64,000 bases of DNA, taken from the NCBI GenBank assembly GCA_951406725.2, contig OX597824.1:33728001-33792000 (forward strand). Direction: 5' to 3'. Positions 26,226-40,352 of the stretch are shown in pieces (the stretch's first letter is position 1; each line of letters begins with the position of its first letter). The translations under genes were made by a program, and so were the position numbers. The notes under the pieces are model-generated. The model ran no database searches. It was not told where the DNA came from and saw nothing but the letters and a program-made list of their open reading frames with translations. This DNA comes from Octopus vulgaris. Taxonomy: Eukaryota.

Positions 26226-26517
26226 TATATAGGTCTATAGTTGTTTAGTAGTTTGTAAGTCAGAAAAAGAGGCACTCACATATTTGTAACAAGATCGGTT
26301 CGATCTGGTTACAAATATGTGAGTGACTCATTTTTTTTCACTTTAAAACCATGCGAGGAGCCTTTTCGGTAAAAAAAAAATATTTTTAAAAAAATTGCTA
26401 ATATTTTCAGAGGAAAAAATGAGTGATTTAAGGGTGATTTGGCTGTTGTTTCTAGCACATCCTAAGATAACCCCACTTCTTTCTTTCTTACTCTTGAATG
26501 TATTGAGGTTTTTCAAT

Positions 26518-26636
26518 GTTTACAGCCATATCACTTTGAAAACACCAGTTCTCGTCCGATCACCGAAGTTAAGCAACGTCGAGCCTAGTTAGTACTTAGA
26601 TGGGTGACCGCTTGGGAAACCTATGTGCTGTAAACA
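26518..26636 (+). rRNA. Full-length 5S rRNA gene copy (gene, pseudogene or SINE head)
   Basis: gtttacagccatatcactttgaaaacaccagttctcgtccgatcaccgaagttaagcaacgtcgagcctagttagtacttagatgggtgaccgcttgggaaacctatgtgctgtaaac; 5' and 3' ends pair; box A/C regions present; only a weak T run follows. Confidence 0.9.
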
Positions 26637-26649
26637 TCTTTCTATCCAG

Positions 26650-26820
26650 TCGTAGGAGTGCCTGTGTGGTAAGTAGCTTGCTTACCAACCACATGGTCCT
26701 AGGTGGAGTCCCACTGCGTAGCACATTGAGCAAGTGTCTCCTACTATAGCCTCGAGCCGACCAAAGCCTTGTGAGTGGATTTGGTAGACGGAAACTGAAA
26801 AGAAGCCTGTCATATGTGTG

Positions 26821-26866
<46 letters not shown>

Positions 26867-27077
26867 TGGGTGTATGTGTTTGTGCGTCTGTGTGTATCCC
26901 CCAACATCACTTGACAACCGATACTGGTGTGTTTACGTCCCCGTAACTTAGCGGTTCAGCAAAAGACCGATAGAATAAGTACTAGGCTTACAAAGAATAA
27001 GTCCTGGGGGTCGATTTGCTCGACTGAAGGCGGTGCTCCAGCATGGCCGCAGTCAAATGAAACGATTAAAAGAGTAA
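26650..27077 (+). mobile_element. Full-length SINE family A
   Basis: Head, central (TA)n and tail as in 13779-14176. Confidence 0.9.
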
Positions 27078-27449
27078 TATCTTTCTCCTCATAAATACAT
27101 TTATATGCTATAAAAAAAAAAATTTGAAAAGTTTGATTTTTTTTGCAACCTCACTCCCTGCAACAAATTGTTTCCGGAAGGTTATTGCTGGCATTTATCC
27201 ACAGTGATTTAAAAAAACAGAGGTATGTAAACGATAATTCATAATTTTCTGTTAGAAATTGTTTTTTCTTACACACATACACACACACGCGGCTTCGCTT
27301 GATTGAGGTGGTCAAATTTTAAATTACAAATTTTTTTTTGTTGATTTTGTTGCTTATATCCCACCAAATGGGCAACGCGAGTGTTACTTCGGCATCATCA
27401 TTCCATAAAATGTGTTTAATAAGAGAAAAATATTGAAAAAAAATCATCA

Positions 27450-28110
27450 ATACATGTGAGAGTGAAAACGGAGGGTGGTTTGGGATGTGCTAGAAACAAC
27501 AGCCAAATCTCCTTTGAATCGTACACGTTTTCCTCTGAATATATTTACAATTTGTTTTGTTTTTGTTTACCGAGAAGGCTTCTCCCATGGTTTTTAAGTT
27601 AAAATAATTGGCTAAAATTGATCCGGAGTGAGACGGTGAGAGATAGGGGGTGTGAAAAAAATTCTAAAAACTTATTTAATAAAACGATTCCCGCCCATCC
27701 CCATCATTTCGAAGGCTGTGATGAAATTTTAAAAAATAGGAAAAATCCCCGTCAAAAAGGAGTAGTTCAAACTTATTTAGTCGTCCTGATCCAAAACTCT
27801 GTTTTTTCGAAACTCCTCTCCTCACCCCTCGAAAACAATTTTCCCAACAGATTTCTTTATAATCGTAATTTATGCCTTTTGAAAGGTATTTGTAAAAAAT
27901 TTCATTGAAAGATATCCATTTTTCCTGAAAGTTAGGAGCGAAAAAAAGTTGGATCGTGTGAATCTTCCGAAACTCCTGTTACCACCCCACTCGAAAAACA
28001 TGTTTCCCAGAAATCCCTATATACTCTGAATCCACAACATCTAAGCAGTATTTGTTTAAAATTTCGCTAAAAAGTGTTAATTTTTCTGGAAGTTATGAGG
28101 CAAGAAAGTC
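27450..28110. mobile_element. Degenerate non-autonomous DNA element related to the interior of 32077-33137
   Basis: Shared blocks atttctttataatcgtaattt, ttcattgaaagatatc and ggatcgtgtgaa; 27480-27600 is an inverted match to 26340-26462. Confidence 0.55.
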
Positions 28111-28137
28111 GGTGGGGTACACATCTGTAGTTATACA

Positions 28138-29407
<1,270 letters not shown>

Positions 29408-30425
29408 CTTCCACTCTTCCTCTACCAAAATCCACTAAAACAACATTGGTCAATACGAGGTTATAAATTAAAATGCTCTCGGGGGGGGGGGGGCGTGTGT
29501 TCTAGGTTCGAAACCAAGTGTATGTAGTTACGAAACGAATTTATACACACAACCACATATATATCATAATTCTCAAAATACATTTACTTTTTGCATGTTG
29601 AAGAGTCGCGAAATCATCCAAGAAAATGCCATGCGATATTTCGCCTACGACTCAATACATTCAGATTATTAAGTACTGCCGAGGTCAACTTTACCATTCC
29701 ATCCTTCCAGGCATAAAGGAACCATAAATACTGGGATCGACATTATCGACTACCCTCCTTCGTACAAATTCTAGGCTTTGTGCCTATATTATTATTAGCA
29801 GTAGCATTAAACCGTTTCTGTCTACGTAGGAAATCAGAATAATTATTTTAATTATAACTCATACTTAACTGTCGCCATCTCATTTGACTTTCACGGCTAA
29901 CAGCGATGGGAAAAACACGAATTCTCATTTCCTCTCTCTTTTTTATTTTTTGCATTAAAATGTTAAATATAAGCTGCACACATAATCCCGTTCGTATATG
30001 AAAACGTTATAAACATCGATACAAAATGCATGGGAAATGCACTTCTCTTTAAGGCAAAGCACACGGTTAACTGTAAAGTAATGTAATGAACATTCCCTCG
30101 CAGAATATTTGCATCGGTCTAAACATAGAAGACTCTAAAATAACATTGGAATTTTGCTTATCGGTAACATTTATAACATCCTATGTTCTTGTAGAATAAA
30201 AGAAACCATTATGATTGCACAAGACAAAGTAAAACTTAATTTTAAACTGCAATTAATATTCAATTAAACAAGGTCTGAAGAATTATTATGTTAATGACGC
30301 TATGTTTTAGCGACTTTTAATTAAAAGAAAGAGTAAATATAGTTCTTCATCAATTAGAGTTAGGATGAATAGACCACATTTTAGAAATGATGGCATTTAT
30401 AAAAGCTGTCTCTAAATTTACTTAC

Positions 30426-30720
30426 ATGCTTTTCTTGTTCGCTTCCTCAGAGTACGATGGTGGAGTTGCTGCCTTTAAACTGATGGTCAGATAATTGTTA
30501 AATGAAACAGCGGATTGTTAAGTAGTCTGTTTGAATAAAAGACGAAATCAGAGCGACAAGCGATATGAAACATAAACTGATAAAGAAGAGATTTCGTTCT
30601 GTTTTATAATAGCAGCAGCATTGATCCAACAACGTATAATTAGTTTTGTTACTGCTGCCCATAGTGAGAGAGAGAGGGAGAGAAGGGGATGCAGTGAAAT
30701 AGCTAGGAACAACTATTTAT
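30426..30720 (-). promoter_or_regulatory. Candidate first, non-coding exon / promoter of a minus-strand host gene
   Basis: Consensus donor AT|gtaagt at 30425; unique-looking CpG-retaining sequence; CpG depletion starts a few kb downstream (leftward). The 5' boundary is a guess. Confidence 0.4.
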
Positions 30721-31555
30721 TCCCCGCTGCTGCTGAACATCGCAATAATTTCACATCAAAATACAAGTGGAGACAACTACTGGATGATTTGGGAGTGAAG
30801 GCTAAGTAAGAGAATGGCAATTAAGTGCTTCTTAAAATGTGAATTTTAATTACGAAGTTAAATTAACATCATTGCGATATTTTCATTATGATCGAGTCAT
30901 ACAAAGCGATTGTATCCACTTTTAAATTTTGTGGTGCAGCCACACGACCTTTGTCGCTCGGACACCATTCTGCGGCATCTCTCCGTTTATGGTTAAGGAA
31001 TTCTGGATAAAATGGATCTCCGTTGGTTTCGAAGATGAGTATTCAGCTGTGACCATTCCACAGATACGTGCAACTTTAACGTAATTCTCCAGCAAAATCA
31101 ATGTTTAGTTGTTCGATCAAATGAACTGCACGCTCAGTGAATCAACATCAAACTGGTTGAGTATCCTACATGTTACACCAAATGAACATGGGAAATGGAA
31201 CTGACGTGAAAAGATTGGAGTTTTCAGTTACTGGTACAATTTGCAAATCGGGCTTCCGCACAGTTTCCGTCAACCCAATTTTACTCACATGGCGGATCTA
31301 GTCTTTTTCATTCGCAAAATAAGCCCCCTTTAATTTTGTTGTATCGATGCAACTCTGAATTCAGATTACGATCAACCAGTTACTTTATCTCGTAAGTTAA
31401 AGAATCTTATGTTATTTTGAATTAAAGTTGGAAAATTTGGAGAATTTTAGCCAATCAACAGACAGCGAGGCATTAACAGCTTGTTACCATGACAACCGCA
31501 CATTGTGTTATATTTCACTTCACCCGCATGTTGTATTGATTCTTCACACCACGAA

Positions 31556-31787
31556 GGCGGCGAGCTGGCAGAAACGTTAGCACGCTGGGCGGAATGCGTA
31601 GCCGTATTTCGTCTGCCGTTACGTTCTGAGCTCAAATTCCGCCGAGGTCGACTCTGCCTTTCATCCTTTTGGGGGTCGATAAATTAAGTACCAGTTACGC
31701 ACTTGGGTTGATGTAATCGACTTAATCCGTTTGTATGTCCTTGTTTGTCCCCTCTGTGTTTAGCCCCTTGTGGGTAATAAAGAAATA
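31556..31787 (+). mobile_element. tRNA-derived SINE, family B, with 16-bp TSD
   Basis: ggcggcgagctggcagaaacgttagc ... ccccttgtgggtaataaagaaat; attcttcacaccacga on both sides. Confidence 0.92.
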
Positions 31788-32076
31788 CATTCTTCACACC
31801 ACGAGATTTACTTCACCCGCATGTTTTGTTTTAATAAAAATTTATATTTATCACTTAGAATTTTATTATAGATATTTTTCGACAATTGCCTTAATATTCT
31901 ACATATTTTTCAATATTTGTAATGTCTATACAGTTCCTTGGCATTTTGAAGGGGAATGGAATATGAGAACTTAATACAGATAATTTAACTTTATTTTTGA
32001 ATTCTACATGCAAAAAACGTGTAAGATACAAGTATTCTTTTTCTTAGGACAAATTCTTTGTTGACCAGTGTTATTC

Positions 32077-33137
32077 GGTTAGTATAAAGATTGACTCCCG
32101 TTAACGAAAACAAAATTTAAAAAAAACAGCCTGCTGGGTGTTAAAAACTGTGTAGAAAACGATATGAAAAAAAAAATTGTACCAACGAACGTACGAACGT
32201 GGGGGTGGTGGGGGAGAGGGTTTTCGGAAAATTCACAAGATCCAATTTTTGTTATTTTTAGCATATCGAGTTTCGTGATGAGGGCTTCACATGCCATGAT
32301 CCTTTTGCTGTTTCATTATAAATCTACGCATGCGGAAACGGACAAAACAGCCGTTCATCTTCACTTTTAGATAGCGAAATGGGATGGCGGGTAGGGTGTT
32401 GATCAATTTTTTTAATTTTTCATAAAAATTTTGAAATAAAGATGTTTTTTTTTTTTTTGCCATATTCTTAATCTCCGTTTTTTTCCACATAGATTGAAAA
32501 GAAAATTCGAAAAAATATTAAAAATTAAAAATTTGGGGTTGGGTGGAATTTAGAATTTTGAAAACGTGGTTTTTTGCATATTCGGAATCTCCGTCTTCGA
32601 AAACATAGGAATCCGGTGAAAAAAAAAAAAACTTTTTGATAACCGGGCGCTAAACTAGATCCTGAAAGCTATGGGGAGGAAAAAAACCGATCGTGTGAAC
32701 TTTCTGACAGTCTTCTCCCCACTCCTTCAGAAAACATTTTCCCCATACATTTCTTTACAATCGTAATCTATGCCGTTTGAAAGGTGTTTCTGTAAAATTT
32801 CATTGAAAGATATCAATTTTCCTGAAAGTTATGAGGGAAAAAACAAAAGGATCGTGTGAATTTTCCGACAGTCCTCTACCCACCCCTTCGGAAAGATTTT
32901 TCCCCAGAAATTTCTTTATAATCGTAATTTGTGCCATTTGAACGGTATTTCTATAAAATTTCATTAATATATCCATTTTCCTCGAAGTAATGAGGGAAAA
33001 GTCGGATCTCATGAATTTTCCTCCCGCCACGTTGTTTGCGCAGTTTTTTTTTTTTCATATTCGTTTTCTGCATGGTTTTTAACAACTAACAAGTTACGTT
33101 TTTTTTTTCTTAACGGGAGTCAGTCTTTATATTAACC
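32077..33137. mobile_element. Merlin-like non-autonomous DNA transposon
   Basis: TIR ggttagtataaagattgactcccgttaa / ttaacgggagtcagtctttatattaacc; GG..CC termini; perfect 8-bp TSD tgttattc. Confidence 0.85.
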
Positions 33138-34417
33138 TGTTATTCTTATCGTAGTTTACAAATCCAAGCATGAAAGCGTTACTCAACTCTGAAGTTTTCA
33201 CACACGCGCGCGCAACGCACTTATATATTAATGATGTACACAAATACATGACAGATATACATAATACTGAAATACGCATAAACACATGCAGACAAATATA
33301 TTAATGTGACAAATTAAAAAATAATAATAAAAACATACAATGAATGAAGAGACAAAAGAAACAGTAAGATGATACATGTTGGTTTTATTAGGTATTTCAG
33401 TTTATTTAGAAACCTACACTGGAGCGGTCTTTTCACAGGCGCTAAACTATAAATTTCACACGGTACAACCTTAAAGTTGATACAGCTCTGCTAAACGCAG
33501 AAAATACAGAGTTTTTCGATTTTTAAGCCTCTAACTTTTTCCTCTAATTTTTTTTCTCCACTACATCAAACCTTCATAGCAATTAGAATGGAAAACTACA
33601 TTATTATAGCCAATTCTCAGAATTTTTACTGTCTTTTGAAAAATGCATATTTTGCGATTGAAAAAAAATTAGATCCCACATGGATTGAGTCGACCCTAAG
33701 CTCAGGTGGGATCAAGTCAAACTTGAGGCCTCGTGATTGTAAAGCGAACTTCTGAACCGTTCAACCAAGTTGGAACCACGTGCGTGTGTGTGTGTGTGTG
33801 TGTGTAAGCATGCATATATGTGTTTGAAAGTATACATGTATATGTACGGAGGTATATATGCAATTTATGAATGAAAATATACAAGTGTATGTGCGTGTCT
33901 CTATGTATGTATGATATATGTAAGTGCACCTGTACACATGGGTGCAGCCGTGGATGTTGTTACATACGTAGATTTTAATACAAACTGGACACGGATTATT
34001 TTCAGTTTCGTTGTCCACTCTGTAGGTAGTTAAATTCATCTTTTGTTGACTGCTAGAAGACGGGTGGAAGAAGTGAGAGAGGAAAAGTAAAAGAATCTAC
34101 TTGTGCTGACCAGTAGAGAGGGTGAAAGGTGTGTAATCTCTCGCAAGGTGCTTCTTAGGTCAGCACCAAAACGTAAGGTGCAATAACTGAATTTGGGTTC
34201 TAGATTTATATTTCCTCCTAATTAAATTAGATCAGGCTAAATAACGGATTCTCCGTCTCCTATCTGTTTGATTTGAAATAGTCACGTAAACAACAGAACA
34301 TATCTAAGCTTGATAGTTAGCTCTCGTAAATTCCCTAGTTTAAAAGCCGAGAACAATAGAAGAGAGTAGATAGAGAAAGTCGGGGCTAGGTTTCGAATCC
34401 TGGCAAAGAATCTAGGA

Positions 34418-34597
34418 AGCTATTCGTTACATATATACCTTTACGTGAAGAGGATCAGTTAGGATCAGGACATATCAAAGAGAAGCATAATAATGGCTGT
34501 ACAGTCAACTACAAATTAATAGGTAACCAATCCAGGAAGTTCACTGATGTCTAGTAATCTGTATCTGAAATTGGAGAGAACATATTAATGCCACACA

Positions 34598-34643
<46 letters not shown>

Positions 34644-35019
34644 GATAGTATAAGTATCAGGACTAAAATCATAAGTTTTCTATTTCTTCCGACTCCTATA
34701 TTGATCCGTATCTTATACAAACTTGGAGGCGCGTGACTTAGTGGTTATGATTATCTACCCATGATCGAAAGGTCGTGCTTTTGCACTTCCTAAAATGGCG
34801 GTTTTTTTGTGTTCACACTTCATTTCACGTTACTCCAGTTCAAACAGCTATAAATGAGTTCTAGCAAATAGCTGGGAAGTCTTTTTTCTTTTTTCTTTTT
34901 TCATTTTTTTTTTCACCTTTCAGGTATGTGCTCTTTTGCAGAAAGAATAAACAAGGGGAAAAAACGGAGAGAGAAAAGAACTACCACGTCTCAAATAGGC
35001 AGTCATCGCATGCTTAAGT

Positions 35020-35079
<60 letters not shown>

Positions 35080-35284
35080 TGTGTCTGTGTGTGTGTGTGT
35101 GTGTGTGTGTAGCAATATGTTCTTTCCAATTTCGGAGATGCAGATTACTAGACATCAGTGAACTTCCTGGATTGGTAACCTATTAATTTGTAGTTGACTG
35201 TACAGCCATTATTATGCTTCACTTTGATACGCCCTGATCGTAACTGATCCTGTTCATGTAAAAATATATATGTAATGAATAGCT
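34418..35284. repeat. Inverted duplication with arms of about 220-260 bp (34418-34640 / 35020-35284)
   Basis: gaagcataataatggctgtacagtcaactacaaattaataggtaaccaatccaggaagttcactgatgtctagtaatctg and its reverse complement. Confidence 0.9.
34725..34870 (+). mobile_element. Degenerate tRNA-derived SINE (family D)
   Basis: ggaggcgcgtgacttagtggtta ... catttcacgttactccag; related copy at 61655-61920. Confidence 0.6.
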
Positions 35285-35299
35285 ACAAAAAACCCATAT

Positions 35300-35520
35300 A
35301 TAAAATACAAAAATGGAACAAGAATGCAAAACATTCAGACAGTTAGGTGATACAAAAAAGGAAAAACAAAAAACCCAGACAGACGAAACAAAGAAAACAA
35401 GGACGGTAATTCGGAGTTTTCTTTCCTCAGTCGAGTTCCAGATTATCTTTGCAATTTCGGCTGGTTATACTCGAGATTGCTCCAATCTGGCCAGCCCCAG
35501 GGGAAAACTAAGCGCCTTCA
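35300..35520 (+). repeat. Dispersed repeat family, possibly Penelope-derived; other copies at 45800-45930, 49806-49870 and 63480-63635
   Basis: Shared aatacaaaatgggacaagaacgcaaaacat motif next to (TA)n. Confidence 0.6.
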
Positions 35521-36281
35521 AGCAGGCTATCCACATACTAGAAATAACAACCAATTTTCACAAAACTGCGTTAACATAATGTAATCAATTTACTCACCTT
35601 TCTGCAAAGATTTCTTTCAGAGTAATTTCCCGCAGTAATATGACAAAGTAATTAATTTGAAATTAAAGGGGGTTTTTTTTACTTTCAAAATAACTGTTCA
35701 TTTTTCACATTTAGACAGCGGGATGGCTGGGGATTTTGGGTCGGAGTTTTTCATAAAAAATCTGAAATTAAAATTTGAATTTGTGTTTAATTTTTCCATA
35801 TTCTTAATCTCCGTATTTTCCAACGTAGATGATGGGGGGAAAAAAAGTCAAAAATTATTTTTTTTAAGTTTAAAGAAGAAAGTTTTAAAAAACACTTTAA
35901 TTTTACAATTTACCTAGCATTTTTAAGAGTAGAATGCATCGGGTCGTGCCAGGTCCAGTTTTCAAAATTTCAACCCCAAATAAGCAAAATTTAGAGAAAA
36001 CTCACATTGTGGTGTATATGTCAAATGCTTTTCTTAGTGTGGCCTACACCACACGCACACGCACACACACAGTGTGCAACGAATAAAGTGAAAGTAATTC
36101 ACTTTTTGTACTGAGTGACTCTTTCACTCTGCCACTTCCTCTTTACACACAAAGACACGCAAATATATAAATAAAATTGTAAGCTAACGTGTGTGTGTGC
36201 GTGTGTGTGAGTGTGTGTGTGTGCGTATGTGTGTGTGTGTGATGGTGCGTGTGTGTGTGTGTGTGCGTGAGTGTGTGACAG

Positions 36282-36960
36282 GAAAGTTTTTTAGGACGAA
36301 TATAAGACCTATATCCAAGTAGCAGAAAGATCGCCCAAAAGTGTATATAGATATTTAAATGTATTTATATATTCATCTATACACAGATGTATGTATAATG
36401 TGTGTGTATATATTTCCATAGAGGTAACCTTTCACTCCATACAAAGTTTTTTAGGACGAATATAAGATCTAAAGTATATACAAGTAGCAGAAAGATCGCC
36501 CAAAAGTGTATATAGATATTTAAATGTATTTATATATTCATCTATACACAGATGTATGTATAATGTGTGTGTATATATTTCCATACACGTAACCATTCAC
36601 TCCGCACAAAGTTTTTTAGGACGAAAATAAGATCTAAAGTTATCTCTAAGTAGCACAAAGATCGCCCAAAAGTGTATATAGATATATAAATGTATTTATA
36701 TATTCATCTATGCACACATGTATGTATAACGTGTGTGTATATATTTCCATAGAGGTAACCATTCACTCCATACAAAGTTTTTTAGGACGAAAATAAGATC
36801 TAAAGTTATCTCTAAGAAACAGAAAGATCGCCCAAAAGTGTATATAGATATTTAAATGTATTTATATATTCATCTATACACACATGCATGTATAATGTGC
36901 GTGTATATATTTCCATAGAGATAACCATTCAATCCATACAAAGTTTTTTAGGACGAAAAT
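36282..36960 (+). repeat. Tandem array of about 4 x 165 bp
   Basis: aaagttttttaggacgaa ... gatcgcccaaaagtgtatatagat ... ccattcactccatac recurs at about 36282, 36443, 36608, 36773 and 36939. Confidence 0.92.
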
Positions 36961-37805
36961 ATTTATATATAAAAGAAAGGTTGTGTGTCTGTCTACTCCG
37001 ATTTAGATTCCTAACTACTCCCACATTTTGCGATGCAGTTTAACCAAAACCGGGTATCTTATAATCGTGATTCATATCGAGCCCTTCTGGGTATTAGCGC
37101 GCGTCTACGATGAGTCTATGATTTTACAAATAATTTACCATCATTTTTTCCATTTTAATGCATATTTTTTTAAATAAAGGGAAGTAACTCTCAAACTTCA
37201 CACCAATATGCGTGCTCATATGCGACGTAATATCACATCAGCAGCATTTCCTCACATCCTCCTTGCACTTGGCGAAAGCAAAATACCAGGGGATGAAAAT
37301 GGTAATATTGCCATCGATTCCATTTGTACCATTGTTAAGACGCCTTCTGATCTCAGAGATGCAGTGTTCCCAGATCTACAAGCTAATTATCAGAATATGG
37401 ATTGGATTGGCAAAAAGGTTATACTGGCCCCGAGGAATAAAACTGTTCACCATATTAATGATGAAATGCTTAAACTCATTCCTGGGGAAGTCTATGTATA
37501 TCAGTCTATCGATACAACTCCTGACCCAGAGGACGTCATCAACTATCCAATAGAGGTACTCAATTCCTTTGAGCACCCCGGACTACCACCACACTTTCTC
37601 AAACTTAAAGTTGGTGCCCCTATAATGCTCATCAGAAATTTGGTTCCCCCAAAACAATGCAATGGCACACGTTTGATCGTTAAGTCCTTATCTCCCACCG
37701 TAAGCTTATATCAATATTTGCCTGAATAATCATCATAATCCAGTGCAATCATTAACAGTACTTTCAAGCAATTCAGCCCCGAGCAACGCCGGGCAATTCT
37801 GCTAG
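36961..37805 (+). mobile_element. Internally deleted Helitron with a PIF1 helicase fragment
   Basis: 3' hairpin cccgagcaacgccggg followed by CTAG|t; internal helicase ORF. Confidence 0.88.
37208..37729 (+). pseudogene. Helitron PIF1-family helicase fragment
   Basis: ILAPRNKTV..IN, YPIEVLNS...GLPPHFLKLKVGAPIMLIRNL...CNGTRL. Confidence 0.92.
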
Positions 37806-37809
37806 TATA

Positions 37810-37885
37810 TATATATATGCATATATATATATATATATATAGATAGATAGATAAATAGATAGATAGATAGATAGATAGATAGATT

Positions 37886-37928
<43 letters not shown>

Positions 37929-37929
37929 T

Positions 37930-37967
<38 letters not shown>

Positions 37968-37985
37968 CAGACAGATAGATAGAAA
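37810..37985. repeat. (TA)n and (GATA)n microsatellite
   Basis: Directly visible. Confidence 0.95.
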
Positions 37986-39401
37986 ATGGATTACTTGAAA
38001 ATGGATGCGTGGCGTTCGATCATATAATAATACAAACAATATATAAATATATGCATATATACATACATATATGTACATACCTACATATATATGTATATAT
38101 ACATGCATATATGGGTACAGGACATTAAAAAAACGCGTCAATAAAATGAGAAACGAGAACAAAGAAAATGAACTTTTTTTTCGAACAATGGAAGAAACAA
38201 ATAACATTTCCTTCATCAGTTGTCCCCTGTTTTATCTACTCCGCGTTTCGAAGGTAGGGACAAGACGCGACATCGTTAAAACAGTCTTCCCGCAAAACAA
38301 ATTAAATACAATTTGGAATTTTTATTGCGGAGGGTTAAAGTGGTAACAAAAACAAGACAGTAAGAACAAAGCAGTAAAAACAAACGGTGAGGGTTGTTAA
38401 GCCAAGGCGAGGTGAAGTGGTGAGCTTTTGAGAAGCGACAGGCAAAAGCACGTCATGTCTTTAGGAAGGATGTGAAAGAAAGGAAGATGGATAGCCGTTG
38501 GTCACGTGTGAGCAAGGAGGAAGAGTAAGAGAGAGAGGGAGAGAGAGAGAGAGAGAGAGAGATGGAATGGTGAAGGGCGGGAGAGAAAAAAAAGAAAGGA
38601 AGAAAGGAAGAAGAACAAGAAAGGGAGATGCATAGAAAGAATAGAGAGAGGGTAGAGTGCGCATCGGAATTATAAAGATGAAATTTACTTGAAAATGGAT
38701 ACGTGGCGTTTGATCATATAATAATATAAATAATACATAAATACATGGATATATATATATTGAAGAATTGAAATTTTACAAACCAATTTTTTTCTGTATT
38801 TTGCAAAAAAAAAAATAATAATTCCGGGAGGGGTGGGGGAATTAAATTTTGAAAATGTGATTTTTGAAAAATGTTTTTTTTCAGAATCAGATCATTCATA
38901 ACCAAAAACGTAGGATTCCGTAGAAAAAATCAATATATATACATTTTACTGGAAGTTATGACGGAAAAACCGGATCTTGTGAATTTTCCGAAAGTCCCCC
39001 ACCCCACCCCAGTGTCGTCAGCGCGCATTTCTTTTCATATCCGTTTTCCATACGCTACGCTGGATAATCTTTTATTTTTGTTCCTGGATGAGGATCTTTA
39101 TATTGACCATTTTTAGTATATTAGCATAGCTCGGGAAGAGTTTCTTTTGTACACCCACCCCATCAAAAAACACTCTTTTTTATTATTTGATTTTTTTTTC
39201 TACACAAACCCCTGTTTTCGGCTTCGGAGAATACTAATCTGCAAAAATTTTGGCAAAAATCCGCATTTTCAAATTACACACCCACTCACCCCTCCAAAAA
39301 AAAAATATTCATTTTTAACTTTTTCAAGAATTTTTTTTTTTCAAAATATGCGGAGAAATACGGAGATTATGATTCTGAAAAAAATTTTCGAAAAATTCTA
39401 C

Positions 39402-39575
39402 TTAGGGTTAGGGTTTTAGGGTTGGGGTTAGGGTTAGAGTTTTAGGGTTAGGGTTAGGGTTAGGGTTAGGGTTGGGGATTTTAGGGTTAGGGTTAGGGTT
39501 TTAAGGTTAGGGTTAGTGTTTCAGGGTTAGGGTTAGGGTTAGGAATTGTAGGGTTTACGAGAAAATTTTAGGGTT
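39402..39575 (+). repeat. Interstitial telomeric-type (TTAGGG)n tract, degenerate
   Basis: About 170 bp of ttaggg/ttttaggg/ttgggg units inside a repeat (38700-39900) that shares motifs with 32077-33137. Confidence 0.92.
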
Positions 39576-39943
39576 TACGGAAAAAAGTTAAAAATGAAGA
39601 AATTGGGGGGAATTTCAAAATTCTTATTTTTCGCACTTTTCCGAAATCTCCGTATCCGAAAACGTGGGTTTTTGGCAAAAAAAAAATAAATAATAATTTG
39701 CGAGAAAATGGGGGCGGGGAGGAAGTCTTTCTGAATAGCTCAGTCCGTTCAAAAAGAACAATACCATAGAAAACACGAGCAACAGCAGTTCGGTATTGGA
39801 AATAAAGTTTTGCTCAACAGAGGACAGAAAGGGGGGACATTTTACGGAACGCCGCACAGGTCCTTACACTGTTGCACACGTTTGTGGCAAAAATACCTAT
39901 CGACTTTCAAATGACAATAAAGAACTAGAAAAGAAGTAAATGC

Positions 39944-40352
39944 GGATCTTTTCGGTTTAAACGGCAGTTTTTACTAGCGGTATCATATGAAATTGTCACC
40001 CATAATTATGACCCTAGTATCGATCTATTGCATTTCAATCTGTTTTAGGGTTAGGGGTGGGGGGAAAGGTATCTTTTTTTCTTCACAAATGTAAATAAAC
40101 CCAATCTGTTTCTTAAACGAGGGACATATTCATACGGCACAGAATGTTTTCACCTCAACAGACGTCATTGATTGGTTGAAATTGCAGAAATTGAAGAAGA
40201 AAAAACAAATATCTTCCAAATTATAGAATTTTCTCAATAAAGCCAAGAGAAAAAGATGTTTTATAAACACATTCTACCAGTATACGAAGTTTAAAACTGT
40301 TTAGTTACGTGGAAATTATTTTAAAAAACTGCCGGTCAAACCGAAAAGATCC
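39944..40352. mobile_element. Merlin-like MITE
   Basis: TIR ggatcttttcggtttaaacggcagttttt / aaaaactgccggtcaaaccgaaaagatcc; perfect 8-bp TSD gtaaatgc. Confidence 0.9.

Noticed and set aside
30621-30809. Plus-strand ORF and possible donor at about 30806 (bidirectional promoter)
   Set aside because: No downstream exon evidence and the right half shows no CpG depletion; too weak to call.
36282-36960. Regularly spaced repeats resembling a CRISPR array
   Set aside because: Whole 165-bp units repeat with no unique spacers, no cas genes, and the context is eukaryotic.
38205-38260. CTGATGA and GAAAC motifs on the minus strand
   Set aside because: Order and pairing do not build a convincing hammerhead in this copy.
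39402-39575. True telomere or chromosome fusion site
   Set aside because: Short, degenerate, single orientation and embedded in a dispersed repeat.
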